DNA from: Heteronotia binoei
Taxonomy: Eukaryota
Length of the DNA stretch: 64,000 bases
Assembly (NCBI RefSeq): GCF_032191835.1
Contig: NC_083224.1
Span: forward strand, 122,760,001 to 122,824,000
Reading direction: 5' to 3'
The number at the start of each line of letters is the position of its first letter. Position 1 is the stretch's first letter. The notes under the pieces were generated by a model, which was not told where the DNA came from, made no database searches, and saw nothing but the letters and a program-made list of their open reading frames with translations. This document shows, one piece after another, positions 48,870-60,540 of this stretch. The translations under genes were made by a program, and so were the position numbers.

Positions 48870-49272
48870 TGTCAGCATGTACAAATGCTCAATAAGGCAT
48901 TAGGCTAGTGACTCCTGAGATTATGCTGATCTAACTGACAGTCAGTGTCAATATGACTTCAGTGTTTATCAGGTCTCAACAAGGTGAAACCAGTTCTGAC
49001 TGGCATTTGGTAATGAGTGCAAAGGCTGAGTGTCTAGTGCACAATGACTCAGCACTTGTAACCCATTGGTGCATATCCTTTGTAAAATATGTATATAAGC
49101 AGTGATGTACTGTTCACTCTATCCTTCTCTAGATGGTTTGCTTGGAGAAGCACTTTTACGGTGGATGTAAATTATGTAAATAAATTGTATATAGTTAAGC
49201 ACAGAGTGTCGTTGGACTGTTGCTTGCTATACTGACTCACCTATCAGGGCTAACAATAACAATAAAACGACA
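48870..49272 (+). mobile_element. Solo LTR (403 bp, copia-like) nested in a hAT MITE
   Basis: TGTCAG...CGACA ends, 5-bp TSD ACTGT (48865-48869, 49273-49277); removing it rejoins GAGAGCTACTGTTGGCCACCCCT, the end of the MITE family seen at 42738-42871. Confidence 0.85.
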
Positions 49273-50465
49273 ACTGTTGGCCACCCCTATATACTTATAG
49301 GTGTCTGTGGTTTTTTTAATCATGTTTTTGTTTTTAGTACAGGTCTATGTCAAAGCTTAAAGTTCAGCTCTAGCAAGGAATTAAATAACTAAAGAGTCAT
49401 TACTTTTAGGTTGTTTGATTAAAAACACAAACTGCTCTGTAATTTATAACCTGGTCCTTCACACTCTTGTTTACATGAGTTGTATGTAACAACAGTGTTC
49501 TAAACTAACATGTCTCCATAGGTACTTAACAGAATTCTCATCTTTTAAAAGGAACATTTACAGTGTAAGGTAAAGGAACCTCTTTCAAAACTAGTCCGAA
49601 GAGACTAGTTAGTGTTCCCAGCAAGTACTGATTTCCCAGCAAGTATAAATAATACATCAAATGGGAGAATTTTGTAATAAAGTTCTACAGTTTTTTTCTC
49701 TTTAAAAAAATGAATAATGTGTTCAAGAAGGATGCTAGAATGCCTGCCCAGAAAGCTAAACTACCTTTTAGCAAAAAAAATACCTTACAGGCAGTTTCCA
49801 CAATCCAGTCATCCACATAGCTAGATTCACATGCCCATCAGGGCTTTTACCCTTAACTATTTGAAAAGAAGCCTTCTGGCAAACCATTTTGAGAACCTGG
49901 AACAGAGTTTAAAAAGTAGTTAGTGCTTCAGCATTGGAGTTACTATTAAAAGGAAGATGTCAGAAATTCCCATAGTGCTCTGCAAGCCTTACACATGCCA
50001 GAAGGAGATTTCTGCATATTGTGACCACTATTTTCATAGTTGAGTTTGAAATACAGATAGCCACAATATTGGGATGCTGCAACACATTTTTCATGTTCTT
50101 TAGCCAGCATTATTCCACTTTGTCCTGAAAGAACATCTGCTAGAGATTAGAAGTTAAAAGTGTCCACAATAACCTGCTTTCTGACATCCTCGGATCAGGT
50201 TTTCCTACTGAAATATCTGTGTACTAAGGATTTATTCTGGTTTAAGATTATAAATTTAGCCTGAGATGTATGGGGCATAGCTAAGTGCAAATCCAGGCAA
50301 AAAAGAATAGGAGACTAGACAAGGCAGTGGAAGACCCATCAACTAATCTCCAGAGCAGTTCTCTGCCATTCTTACAGTCAAAATAGAAGTGGGAAAATGT
50401 ACCAATTGGATATATGTGCATTCTGTCAGTGCCAGTAACTGCTAATATTTTATTTTACTCCACAG

Positions 50466-50677
50466 TACTTCAGCAAGCAGGAAGAAATCCTTCTTGGCAG
50501 ACAGTTAATAAATACTGGACACACCAAACTACCTCACTGAATTTTGATGATTTTTGTTTCATCTTGAAAAAAGAACCCCCTGTTCAAAAAACAGAGCTAC
50601 TCAAAACCTTTGCAAAAATGGATGCAAATAATGATGGCTATATCTTGCATAGTGAACTTCATAATGTTCTTACAACA
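50466..50677 (+). CDS. EFCAB7: EFCAB7 coding exon, 212 nt, (V)LQQAGRNPSWQTVNKYW...FAKMDANNDGYILHSELHNVLTT (EF-hand 1)
   Basis: cacag|TA...ACA|gtaagt; phase 1 to phase 0; canonical EF loop DANNDGYILHSE. Confidence 0.95.
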
Positions 50678-50731
50678 GTAAGTGTTCCACTGGAAAGTTA
50701 AAAACTTCAGTTTGTATAATTTGCTGATACC

Positions 50732-51255
50732 CAGGCCCTTAGCTACAGTGGGACCTGGAAGGGGCCAGGCCCATCCTTTCAACCGCCCTTTCTAACTATA
50801 TGGCACCTCCATTGGAGGGCCCCTGATCTGTCCCCTTTGCTCACCGCCATTCTGAACAAGTAGTAACACTGCTGCAGACCTTTTCATTTTTTCCTTTCCC
50901 CTTCCCTAACACAGCATGCAGAGCAAAGGGGAGGAGAGTCAAGAGGTCTCTGTTTCTCTGAGAGAGGGGCACATAAGAAAGGGGTGGGGGAGTCAAGAGG
51001 TCTCTGTTTCTCTGAGAGAGGGGCACATAAGAAAGGGGTGGGGGAGTCAAGAGGTCTCTGTTTCTCTGAGAGAGGGGCACATAAGAAAGGGGTGGGGGAG
51101 TCAAGCTGCTGTGACTGCCCAGGCAAAGGGGTTAGCTTCTGGAACTCAAGGCAGCTTATAGTGCGGAGAGTCCAGGGCTGCCAAACTGGGTGCCCCCCCC
51201 CAAAAAAAATCCTGCTGTGGGCCCCACCAAACATGAAATCCTGGCTACAGCCCAG
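50732..51255. mobile_element. hAT-type MITE containing a 54-bp tandem repeat
   Basis: Degenerate TIRs CAGGCCCTTAGC / GCTACAGCCCAG; 8-bp TSD CTGATACC (50724-50731, 51256-51263). Confidence 0.7.
50936..51105. repeat. Minisatellite, 3 perfect 54-bp units plus a partial unit
   Basis: Unit GAGTCAAGAGGTCTCTGTTTCTCTGAGAGAGGGGCACATAAGAAAGGGGTGGGG. Confidence 0.95.
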
Positions 51256-51419
51256 CTGATACCTATGAAATTTGAAGAGTGAGGCCTTTACATTTCATAG
51301 TACATTATTAACAGTAGTAGTAATCATGCTCCATCAAGGTTGTTTAATATGTTACATCTGTGTTAGAACTTCAGAACAATTCATATACCCTACAAATCGA
51401 AGTGATGTTGGTAGCTATA

Positions 51420-54400
51420 TCAACAACCTGGCAGGCTATAAAAACCTGCTGCTAAAGCAGATCAGTCACAGGAAAAACAGCAGCCATCTAGTATTTAATC
51501 CTGGATGAGAGGGCTGACCTGGCATGTATCACTGAGACTTGGCTAGGAGAGGAGGGAGGGGTTAACTTCACTCAGTTGCGCCCTTCAGGGTACTCAGTAA
51601 TACATCAGCATAGATCTGGTGGGTGAGGAGGCAGTGCTGCTGTAACCCATAAGGATTTTATCGTTTTAGCACGGTGCGTCATCCAGTACACTACTGGTTT
51701 TGAGGCTGTGTACCTAATGTTGGGATTGAGAGATGACTGGAATTCTATTTGTGTACCTCCCACATTGCTGCCTAACAGTCTCCCTACCTGACCTGACAGA
51801 GCTGGTCTCAGGGATGGTGTTGAGAACCCCTAGGCTGGTTGTCCTTGGGACTTAAACATTCATGCAGAGGTTATCTTGTCAGAAGCTGCTCTGGTCTTTA
51901 CAGCCTTCATGACAGCAGTAGGCCTGTCTCAGGTAATAATTGGTTCTACACATTGTGCAGGTACACTCTTGATCTGGAATTTTGTTCTGGGCAGGAGACT
52001 GTGATCTGAGGTTGCAGGAATTGACAGCAGTTCCTTTGTTGTGGACAAATTGCTACCTGCTTGGTTTTAGACTTACAGGGATACCAAGACTCTGCAGGGG
52101 TGAGGGATCTATTAAGTTGATCTGTCCCCAGAGTCAGATGAATCCAAATGGCTTTTTAATGGCTCTGCGGGATTTTTATGTTGATATGGTTGGTGCTCCT
52201 GTTGATAACCTAGCTGACCTCTAGAATGAGGAAATGATTTGGGGAGTTGACACTGTTGCTCCCAGGTGCCCTCTCTCAGGTGTTAAAGCCCAGGTAGCCC
52301 CTTGGTATACTGAGGGGATGCGGGTGATGAAGATACAAGGGAGATGGCTAGAGTGACAGTGGAGGAAGAGTCAGGCACAATCAGATAGGATATGGGCAAA
52401 AGCCAAGATAGGATGTGGGCAACTGCTCTGGCAACAAAAAAACCCCATCACTTTTCTGCCACCACTCAGATAGGATATGGGCAAAAGCCAAGATAGGATG
52501 TGGGCAACTGCTCTGGCAACAAAAAAACCCCATCACTTTTCTGCCACCACTGCATCATCATAGTATTTGCCTGTGGAACTGTTCTAGTTGGTCAGAGGCC
52601 CGCAGGAGGAGGTGGACCACTTGGTGGCCCACTGTGATCATTTTGCTCATTTTACAGATAAAATCTCTCCCATGTGACTTGGATGTTAGCAGTAACATCT
52701 GACATAGAGATGTTAGTAGTAACAGGGATGGATGGTGCCAGGGTGCCTTCTTGTCCAGTTGTGTAGGATACTTTTTGGTTATTCAGTCTGAGAATGTGGA
52801 CAGAATCATTGGAATTTTGAGGCCAGTTGCTTGATTGTATGACCCATGTCCTTCCTGGCTCCTTAAATCTTTCCAGGGTGGGGGCTGACTTACTGGGTTT
52901 GAGGGATAGTTAATGCTTCCTTAAGAGAGGGGGTGGTCACTCCATTCTTTAAACAGGTTGTGGTGCATCCACTTCTAAAGAAGCCTACCCCTGACCCAGT
53001 ATATTTTAGTAATTATTGACCAATCTCCAATGTTCCATTCTTGACTAAGGTGATTGAACAGGTGGTGGCTGGACAACTTCAAGCTTTCTTGCATGAAACA
53101 AATTGTTTCAACCCCTTCTAGTCTGTATTTAGGCCTTGTTATGGACTAAAACAGCCTTGGTTGTCCCAGAGGATGATTTGTGCCAGAGAAAGTGCAACTA
53201 TTGATTCTTCTGGACCTCTCAGCAGCTTTTGATACCATTGATCGTGGTAACTTTCAGGACCGCCTATCTGGAGGCACCATTCTGTGGTGGTTCCTATCCT
53301 ACCTGGAGGGTAGATTTCAGAAGGTGGTGCTAAAGACTACTGCTCAGCTCCTTTGCCTTTAGCCTGTGGGCCTCAGTTCCATCTTGTCCTCTATGCTTTT
53401 TAACATCTACATGAAATCACTGGATGAGGTCATCTGGAGATCTAGGCTGTTTTGTCACCAATATGCGGTGACACTTGGCTCTATCTCACATGTCTAGCTG
53501 ATCCCAGGGAGACTGTAAAAACTCTGAACCAGTGACTGTAGGCAGTTTTGGAGTGGGTGTGAGCTAATTAACTGAAACATAATCCCAACAAGACAGAAAT
53601 GCTACTGGTGGTCTGACCCAGGATTTAAGATGTCACCCATTCTAGATTGAGCCTGTTCAGACGGATGGACGGACAGACAGACAGACAGATAGATAGATGA
53701 GTTCTACTCTTCTTGAAGAAACAGATCCATAACGTGGGAGTGCTCTTGGACCCAAGCCTGCTGCTGCGTAAGCAGGTGGCTGCTGTGGTCATGAGTACCT
53801 TTTACCAGCTTCGACTAATTAGCCATCAGTGGCCTTTCCTGAGAGAGTCAGATCCTGCTGCAGTGGTGCATGCCCTGGTGACATCTAGATTAGATTACTG
53901 CAATGTGCTGGACATGGGGTTGCCCTTGAAAAATGTTTGGAAACTTCAGTTGGTGCAGAATGCTACAGCCAGGATGCTGACTGGAGTGAGCCATAGGGAC
54001 CATATGACTCCAGTCTTGGCCCATCTACACTGGTTTCCAGTTTGTTTCCAGGCACAATTCAAGGTGGTCTTAACCTTCAAAGTCCTGTATGATTTGGAAT
54101 TAATCTGTTCTAAACCCTCCCTGCTTTGGGTGCTCCAGACTTCTGAGATCTTTTGGATGGCAACCCAGGAGAGGGCCTTCTTGGTCATAGCAATAAAACT
54201 CTGGAACTCTCTCCCCATAGATATGTGTCTGTCCTTTTTTGTTGCTGTCTTTTGGCCAACTGGTAAAGACTTTTTTCAGTAATCCCTCCTTACTAACCAA
54301 TGTTTTTATGTTTTGTTATTTTATATATGTATTTTAACTCTGGTTTTTAAAAACTCTTTTAGATTGTTTTAATGAAGAGTGTTGGGGGGGGGGGTTGATT

Positions 54401-54500
54401 TAATGTTTTTTTTATATATATAATATAATATGTGTATGTTTTAAATAGTTGGCTGCTCTTGTAAGGGCAGAAGGCAGGATATAAATTCCGTAAATAATTA
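51420..54500 (+). mobile_element. L2-clade LINE ORF2 (endonuclease + RT), heavily degraded
   Basis: APE motif DLACITETWL at about 51500, LLDLSAAFDTID (53180..53362), VTSRLDYCN..LQLVQNA..LHWFP (53713..54282); many frameshifts; internal 85-bp tandem duplication (52381-52550) and GACG/GACA/GATA microsatellite (53660-53700). Confidence 0.85.
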
Positions 54501-54781
54501 TTTATAAATTAAATACACAAGAGGATTTTCAGGGGGATGATATCTACCCCCTCCCCCCGCACTAGTCCTTTCCCCAATGCCATCTCCAGTTTCCCTCCTC
54601 CTCATAGCCCTGGTGTGTTTTCCCCTTTCCCTGCTTCTAGCCCATTTCCCCTCACTTCTGCTCCTTCATATGTACTCTGGGGCCAGAATTAGAACGAATA
54701 GTAATGACTTTTTAATATTGTTTAATTAAATAATATGATGCTGTTCCTTTATCAACAACTAAAACTAGCATTGTTTTGCAG

Positions 54782-54868
54782 AAAGGTGAAAAAATGACTC
54801 TTGATGAAGTTAATGCAATCACTGAGTTGACTGAAGTGAACGATGATGGCAAGTTTTACTATTACAAG
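54782..54868 (+). CDS. EFCAB7: EFCAB7 coding exon, 87 nt, KGEKMTLDEVNAITELTEVNDDGKFYYYK
   Basis: ttttgcag|AAA...AAG|gtatag; matches recalled human RGEKMTREEVNAIINLADVNADGKFDYIK. Confidence 0.93.
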
Positions 54869-56232
54869 GTATAGCAAACAAAATGACTGTTTTCCTTTAT
54901 ACTGGTCTAGTCAATTAAAATGCATGGTTTCTGTTTACATAGATGGATTGGCAGAGACTCACTACTGATGTTTTTCAGTCGATGGTTACTAATCCATGAA
55001 GGAGACAGAAGAGTCACAATACTTGTGTTTTTCAGGAGTCAAGTGGTGAGACAGAATGAATGAGAATAATTTGGCTCTTAAAGGCCTAATAAAATAGAAC
55101 CATTTCCATGCTGTCAGAGTTCATTGGTAATCTTCTGAGTAATCTTTACACAAAGGGCAGTTTAGAATGGTGTAGTAGTGAAAAGATCTGATAATCACTT
55201 GGTGCAGGGGTGGCATGCATTCAGCAATGAGAGAGTGGAATGGTTAAGTTGTAACTATGAAGTTTATGCTAACTATCCATACTTTGGTTTCTGAACCAGT
55301 ATTTGTGTCTCATACACAGCAAAGCATATTTTGTGGTTCTTGCCTCCTCATGCACCAGAATTCTAAACTGGACAATCTCGCTCGATTTGCTTAACTAGCT
55401 TTGTCCTTCTATTTAACTGCATGGCATAATAAATGTGCTTGTGTGTGTGTATATACATACATATATATATTACCAATGAACAAATCTCCCAGCTGTGCTT
55501 TGCAAACTAATTTCAAATCAGAGATTCTGATTTGACATGCATGGTCAAATTGTAATTTGATGCTTCAGGCATAAAGAAAAACCATGTTTCAACCAAACCG
55601 TGGATTGCAAACCATGGCTTGTTGCGCCATTATGTCAGCCACTAACAGGCACGTCTTGAATAAGACTGTCTAATCAGGTTCTGACAAAGTAAAGATTATA
55701 ATCTAGAGGTATTAAATATTTTAGTATATGCTTAGTAACATTCAGTATGTTATCATTAGACTGCAGTCCTGCAGGGACTAGTGCAGAGTACTGTCCCCAA
55801 AGAAGCAGTATCCCATCAAGCCTATCATGAATTTTTGAAGCCAAGCTTGGTGATAGTACAAATATAAGAATGTGCTTTATAAACAAACAGCCATGAGAAT
55901 GGTATAGAGTGTTCAGTCTCAGTGCTTATGTCTGTTTCTTACAGGGGTTTTTTTGTGTACTGCCAGTGCAATCTTATGCAGTCACATCCTTCTAAGACCC
56001 TTGAAGTCTTAAGAGGGTATAACTCTGTTTACGACTATAAAGTCAGTTCAGTGTCAAGATACTGGGTTGGATCTAGTCAATTTTTTTGTTCAGTCTTGAC
56101 TGATCAGGTTGATTGAATCCAACACACTATCTCTGGGTGTAGATACCAGAGGCACAGTATTATGTTTGAATTTTAAAAGATGATCAGTTTTACTTTAACC
56201 TAGTTTTCTCCTAGTGTTATCAATGATTAAGA

Positions 56233-56527
56233 AGCCCCGTGGCGCAAAGTGTTAAAACTGCAGTACTGCAGTCCTAAGCTCTGCTCACGACCTGAGTTCG
56301 ATCCCCGGTGGAAGCTGGATTTTCAGGTAGCTGGCTAGTTGACTCAGCCTTCCATCCTTCCGAGGTCGGTAAAATGAGTACTCAGCTTGCTGGGGGGAAA
56401 GCGTAGATGACTGGGGAAGGCATTGGCAAACCACCACATAAAAAGTCTGCCATGAAAACGTTGTGAAAGCAACGTCACCTCAGAGTCGGAAACGATTGGT
56501 GCTTGCACAGGGAAGCTTTCCTTTCCT
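56233..56527 (+). mobile_element. Sauria-type SINE, near full length
   Basis: tRNA-like head GCCCCGTGGCGCAAAGTGTTAAA..GAGTTCGATCCC plus the Sauria core and tail. Confidence 0.8.
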
Positions 56528-57030
56528 ATCAATGATTACATTAGTAATTAAAGATTCCCAACTTAATTAATAGAAAATAATAACATTCAGTTGAAATCAG
56601 ACATTAAAAAACCACTAGGATCTTCTTCGTGGTCTCTGTGCTTCACACTCATGGGATAGTGCGCCTGCGCCAATCCCCGAATTGGTACCTGAAAAGCCCG
56701 GGATTTTTCCGCGCTCGGCGCCAATGGGCATGCACAGGCGTCCCATTGCGCATGCTCATCGGCGCCAGCGCGGGGATCCCACCAGTTCCTTTCTGACCGC
56801 CGCGCTGAGAGAATTCCCTTTCGTGTGTCCCCGGTCAGTAAGGTAGTTGTTGGATTGCCTTTATCTCTTGTTGTATATAGCCCATTTGTTATTTTTCTTA
56901 GTGCAGTTAGTTGTTAGTTACTTAGTAAAAAAAAAAGTGTGTTGTTGTTGGACTTGCCCTTCAGGGCTTTGCTTTTCCCCCCTGTTTTTCCCCTCAGAAA
57001 CTTTCCTGAGCGGGTTTTTTCCTTGCGTCT

Positions 57031-58240
57031 ATGGAAAGGCGCTGGGGTTTTTTCAAGAGGTGCCGATCTTGTGGGAAGAAGATTGTCCCCCCGATGGCCA
57101 TCCCCTTTGTCTCCTTTGCCTGGGTGAAGGGCACCATGTGGACTCTTGTGTGCATTGCTTAAGCTTCTCGAAGCAGACGCGCAAGAATCGAGCAGTGAGA
57201 CTTTCGGCTGCATTGGTCGAATCGGCACTTTGGCTGCAGAAGATGGCATCGGGCCTGTCGGTACCGATGGGAGAGTCCACGGCCCCTCCGGTCGCATCGG
57301 CCGATACATCGCCGATCGAGACTGAGATGCCCATCGAGCGTGGGCGATCCACAAAGCATCCCTCTGAAGGGTCGGTGGACACCCCAGCGAAGCGGCATTG
57401 GGATGAGTCAGGGACCCGATCATCCGCGCCAAAGAAGGCTAAGTCTAAGGAGAAGCTGAAGAAGAGGTTGTCCCGCACTCCTTCGCCCTCTCGAGATGCC
57501 TCGGCGTCGACGGCTCCACCGCAAAAAATCCTGGCATCCCCTTGTCTCAGCCCTTCGGTGTCGAGAGGCAGCGCTTCACAGCAACTCCCTCTCTCGGCAT
57601 CGGAGCAAGAGATCGATCTCACCCAGCGATCCCATTCCTCTGGATCGAGGCGGCGTAGTGAGAGTGACTCGGTCTCGGAAGTTGAGATATCAGCACCGAT
57701 ACAATTGGCGGAGCCGATGGACCAGGTGAAAGGTCAAAGAGAAGTGGAACCATCATCAGCTCTTCGGCGCTTCCCACCACCACCACCTTGGGAGCAGTGT
57801 CACTGGCCTTCGCCTTACTCGTACCCCTATCCACTGTACCAATGGTACCCCCCGTGGGACTATGCAGAGTGGGACCGACAATCTGAGGCATCCCAGATGT
57901 CGAGACTCTCCCAACACTCTGGACGTCGCCCTTCGGCAGCGATCTCCGTCCCACCTGAGAGGCACGCTGTGGCGGTAGAGGAGGCCCGCTCACGCTCATT
58001 GGTAGCGATTCGATCACCCATCGGAATCGACACCGATGCTTTCGGAGCATTCACTGCGAAGAGAGTCCTCATCGTCGGAATCAGATGGTACCGACGATCC
58101 GGACAGAGCCCCAGAACCTTCGCCAGTGTCGCATACGGCTGAGGATCTTCCTATTTCACCATCGGGGGATCTGAAGTCGTATGAAGACCTGGTCAAGAGG
58201 ATGGCGACTTCTCTTTCCCTTCCAATAACACAGCGTGACA
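57031..58240 (+). pseudogene. DIRS gag-like ORF, frameshifted
   Basis: MERRWGFFKRCRSCGKKIVP then a shift to DGHPLCLLCLGEGHHVDSCVHC..KNR; the C-terminal SPSGDLKSYEDLVKRMA lies in a further frame (58036..58377). Confidence 0.75.
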
Positions 58241-58299
58241 CATCGACTGCGATTGCATTGCCTGTGCCTCATCTTGCAGGCAGACTCTCAGCAGGGGCG

Positions 58300-58766
58300 C
58301 GGCTTCCCTGTGCGAGTGGGAACTGCAGTGGCGCTTCCTCCAACCTGTTTTCCAGCTTTGGGGGTATCCTCAGGTGAATGTCTTTGCCACAGCCAAGAAC
58401 AGGAAGTGTCCTCTGTTTTGTTCCAGAGGGGGTGCGGATCCAGAGTCGTTGGGAGACGGTCTGCTGTTTCCGTGGGAAGGTCGGTTCTTCTATCTGTTTC
58501 CGCCTCTGCCGTTGTTGACGAAGGTCAACAAAATCGCAAGAGAGAGACCATGCTGCATCCTGGTGACTCCCTGGTGGCCTCGCCAGAACTGGTTTCCAAT
58601 CCTGCTCCAGCTGGTGAGGGGGGTCGTCTACCAGTTTCCGGCAAAACTGGACCTTCTGTTAGCTCAGGGAGGTCATGTCCTCCATCACAACGTGCCCCAC
58701 CTGAAGTTGACAGCATGGTTCATCGACCCTGTGGGTTCTCTAGTAGAGTCCAGCATGTCTTCATAA
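58300..58766 (+). pseudogene. DIRS RNase H C-terminal remnant + methyltransferase-like domain
   Basis: LS....EWELQ..FQLWGYPQVNVFATAKNRKCPLFCS..DG....W...YLFPPLPL..VNKI....ILVTPWWPRQNWF. Confidence 0.8.
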
Positions 58767-59742
58767 ATAGCAGGAAACTTTCCACTCGCGCTTCCTATGA
58801 GAGGAAGTGGCAGAAGTTCCTTCAGTTCCTAGTTGATCCTTCAGTTCCTCCCCAGAGGGTGGGATTGTCAGTAATTTTTGAGTTTTTGCTATCCCTGGTG
58901 GATGCTGGCCTTGTTTTTTCCTCCGTTAAGGTTTATCTGGCAGCAATATCTGCGTTCCATGAACCAGTGGAGGGACATTCTGTTTTTGCACACCCTCACT
59001 CTAAGAGGTTTTTGAAGGGTCTGCTTAGGCTTCATCCCCCATCTAGATCTCCCCCACAGTTGTGGGATTTGACTCTGGTGCTGGACAGACTGACTCGTCG
59101 TCCCTTTGAGCCGATGGCCACGTGTTCATTACAGCTCCTTTCATGAAAGACTGTGTTTTTGGTAGCCATCACTTCAGCACGTTGTGCACAGCGATGCGCT
59201 GTGACTACCCGTATCTCGTTTTTCAGGAAGCTGGAGTTTCGTAAGCTCCTGGTATTTCTTTTCTCCCAAAGGTGGTTTCTCAGTTCCACCTCAATTTAGA
59301 AGTTTGGTTGCCCACTTTTCACCCTACGCCTTCCTCGGATGAGGAACGTAGGTTGCATGCTTTAGATGTAAAGTGTGCTTTATTGTTTTGTTTAAGTCAT
59401 TCCAAAAGCTTTCGCAAGGACAAGCAGCTTTTTGTTTCGTATGCTGCCCCTAAGTTAGGTTCCAGGATTTCATCTCAGAGACTGTCAAAATGGCTCACTG
59501 AGACTATTAAATTGTGTTATTTGTTGGCTAAGAAGCCGTTACCTGGACCTATTTGCGGCCACTCTACAAGAGTGATGGCGACGTCGGTGGCGTTCCTGAA
59601 AGGCGTGTCCCTGACGGATGTTTGCAAGGCTGCCAACTGGTCCTCTCCGCATGCCTTTATGAAGCACTACGCACTGGACATGCATGCTCAACAGAGGACT
59701 TGTTTGGGAACTGCGGTGCTGCAAGCTGTTTCTTCTGGTTGA
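58700..59742 (+). pseudogene. DIRS tyrosine recombinase, disrupted
   Basis: STRASYERKWQKF, SSVKVYLAAISAFH, FLVAITSAR, LPKVVSQFHLN, GHSTR, W.S...FMKHY; premature TGA at 59144-59146 and frameshifts. Confidence 0.85.
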
Positions 59743-60350
59743 CCATCTTCCCGCCTCCAGGTATGTCTTGCTTGCTAATCTCCCATGAGTGTGAAGCACA
59801 GAGACCATGAAGAAGATAGACAGGTTGCTTACCTGTAACTGTAGATCTTCGAGTGGTCATCTGTGCATTCATACTACCCGCTCTCCTTCCCCACTGCGGA
59901 CGGTCTCCCTCCAGTAGGGGCTTCCAGCGCTCAGGAAGGAACTGGCGGGATCCCCGCGCTGGCGCCGGTGAGCATGCGCAATGGGACGCCTGCGCATGCC
60001 CATTGGCGCCGAGCGCGGAAAAATCCCGGGCTTTTCAGGTCCAAGTTCGGGGATCGGCGCAGGCGCACTATCCCATGAGTGTGAATGCACAGATGACCAC
60101 TCAAAGATCTACAGTTACAGGTAAGCAACCTGTCTTTTTTTCATTTTAAAAAAATTTCTCTCAGTTCTGCGAATCATAGCTCCATTTTATTGTGTCACTT
60201 GAGAGTGGTCAGTGTGATTTATGAAAATAAAGAATTGTTTTTCTGGGGAAATATTCTTTACCTATTGATCTTTTCTTGCTTAGAACTGCATGTGTTTATT
60301 TTTCTTCCAAAATACTCGAGAAACCTAGAGGGGTTTTTTATTGTTTACAG

Positions 60351-60540
60351 TTTTGTAAATTGTATATGACAATCAATGAACAATGTCTGAAGAATGCAAT
60401 GGAGAAACTGGAGGTTGACAGTAAACTGAAGCGTCAGCAGCTTGGAAATCAAATTGAGATCTTTTCAGAAATGGCAAAATCAACAGATTCAAAACCAAAA
60501 ACTGAAAGAAAAACAGACCCTACACCAGCACAAAAAAGAG
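60351..60540 (+). CDS. EFCAB7: EFCAB7 coding exon, 190 nt, FCKLYMTINEQCLKNAMEKLEVDSKLKRQQLGNQIE...PAQKR(G)
   Basis: tttacag|TTT...AGA G|gtattt; FCKLYMT.NEQCLK..EKLEVDSKL matches recalled EFCAB7. Confidence 0.93.

Larger units (their letters stand above)
56620..60135 (+). mobile_element. DIRS1-like tyrosine-recombinase retrotransposon, RT deleted (~3.5 kb)
   Basis: Left ITR about 56620-56807, right ITR about 59925-60135, ICR 59782-59875 complementary to both outer ends; gag-like zinc-finger N-terminus, RNase H C-terminal remnant, methyltransferase-like domain, YR remnants. Confidence 0.92.

Noticed and set aside
50841-51259. ORFs with 18-aa repeats
   Set aside because: Translations of the 54-bp minisatellite.
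56914-58241. Multiple long minus-strand ORFs inside the DIRS element
   Set aside because: GC-rich low-complexity gag region gives open antisense frames; no domain motifs.
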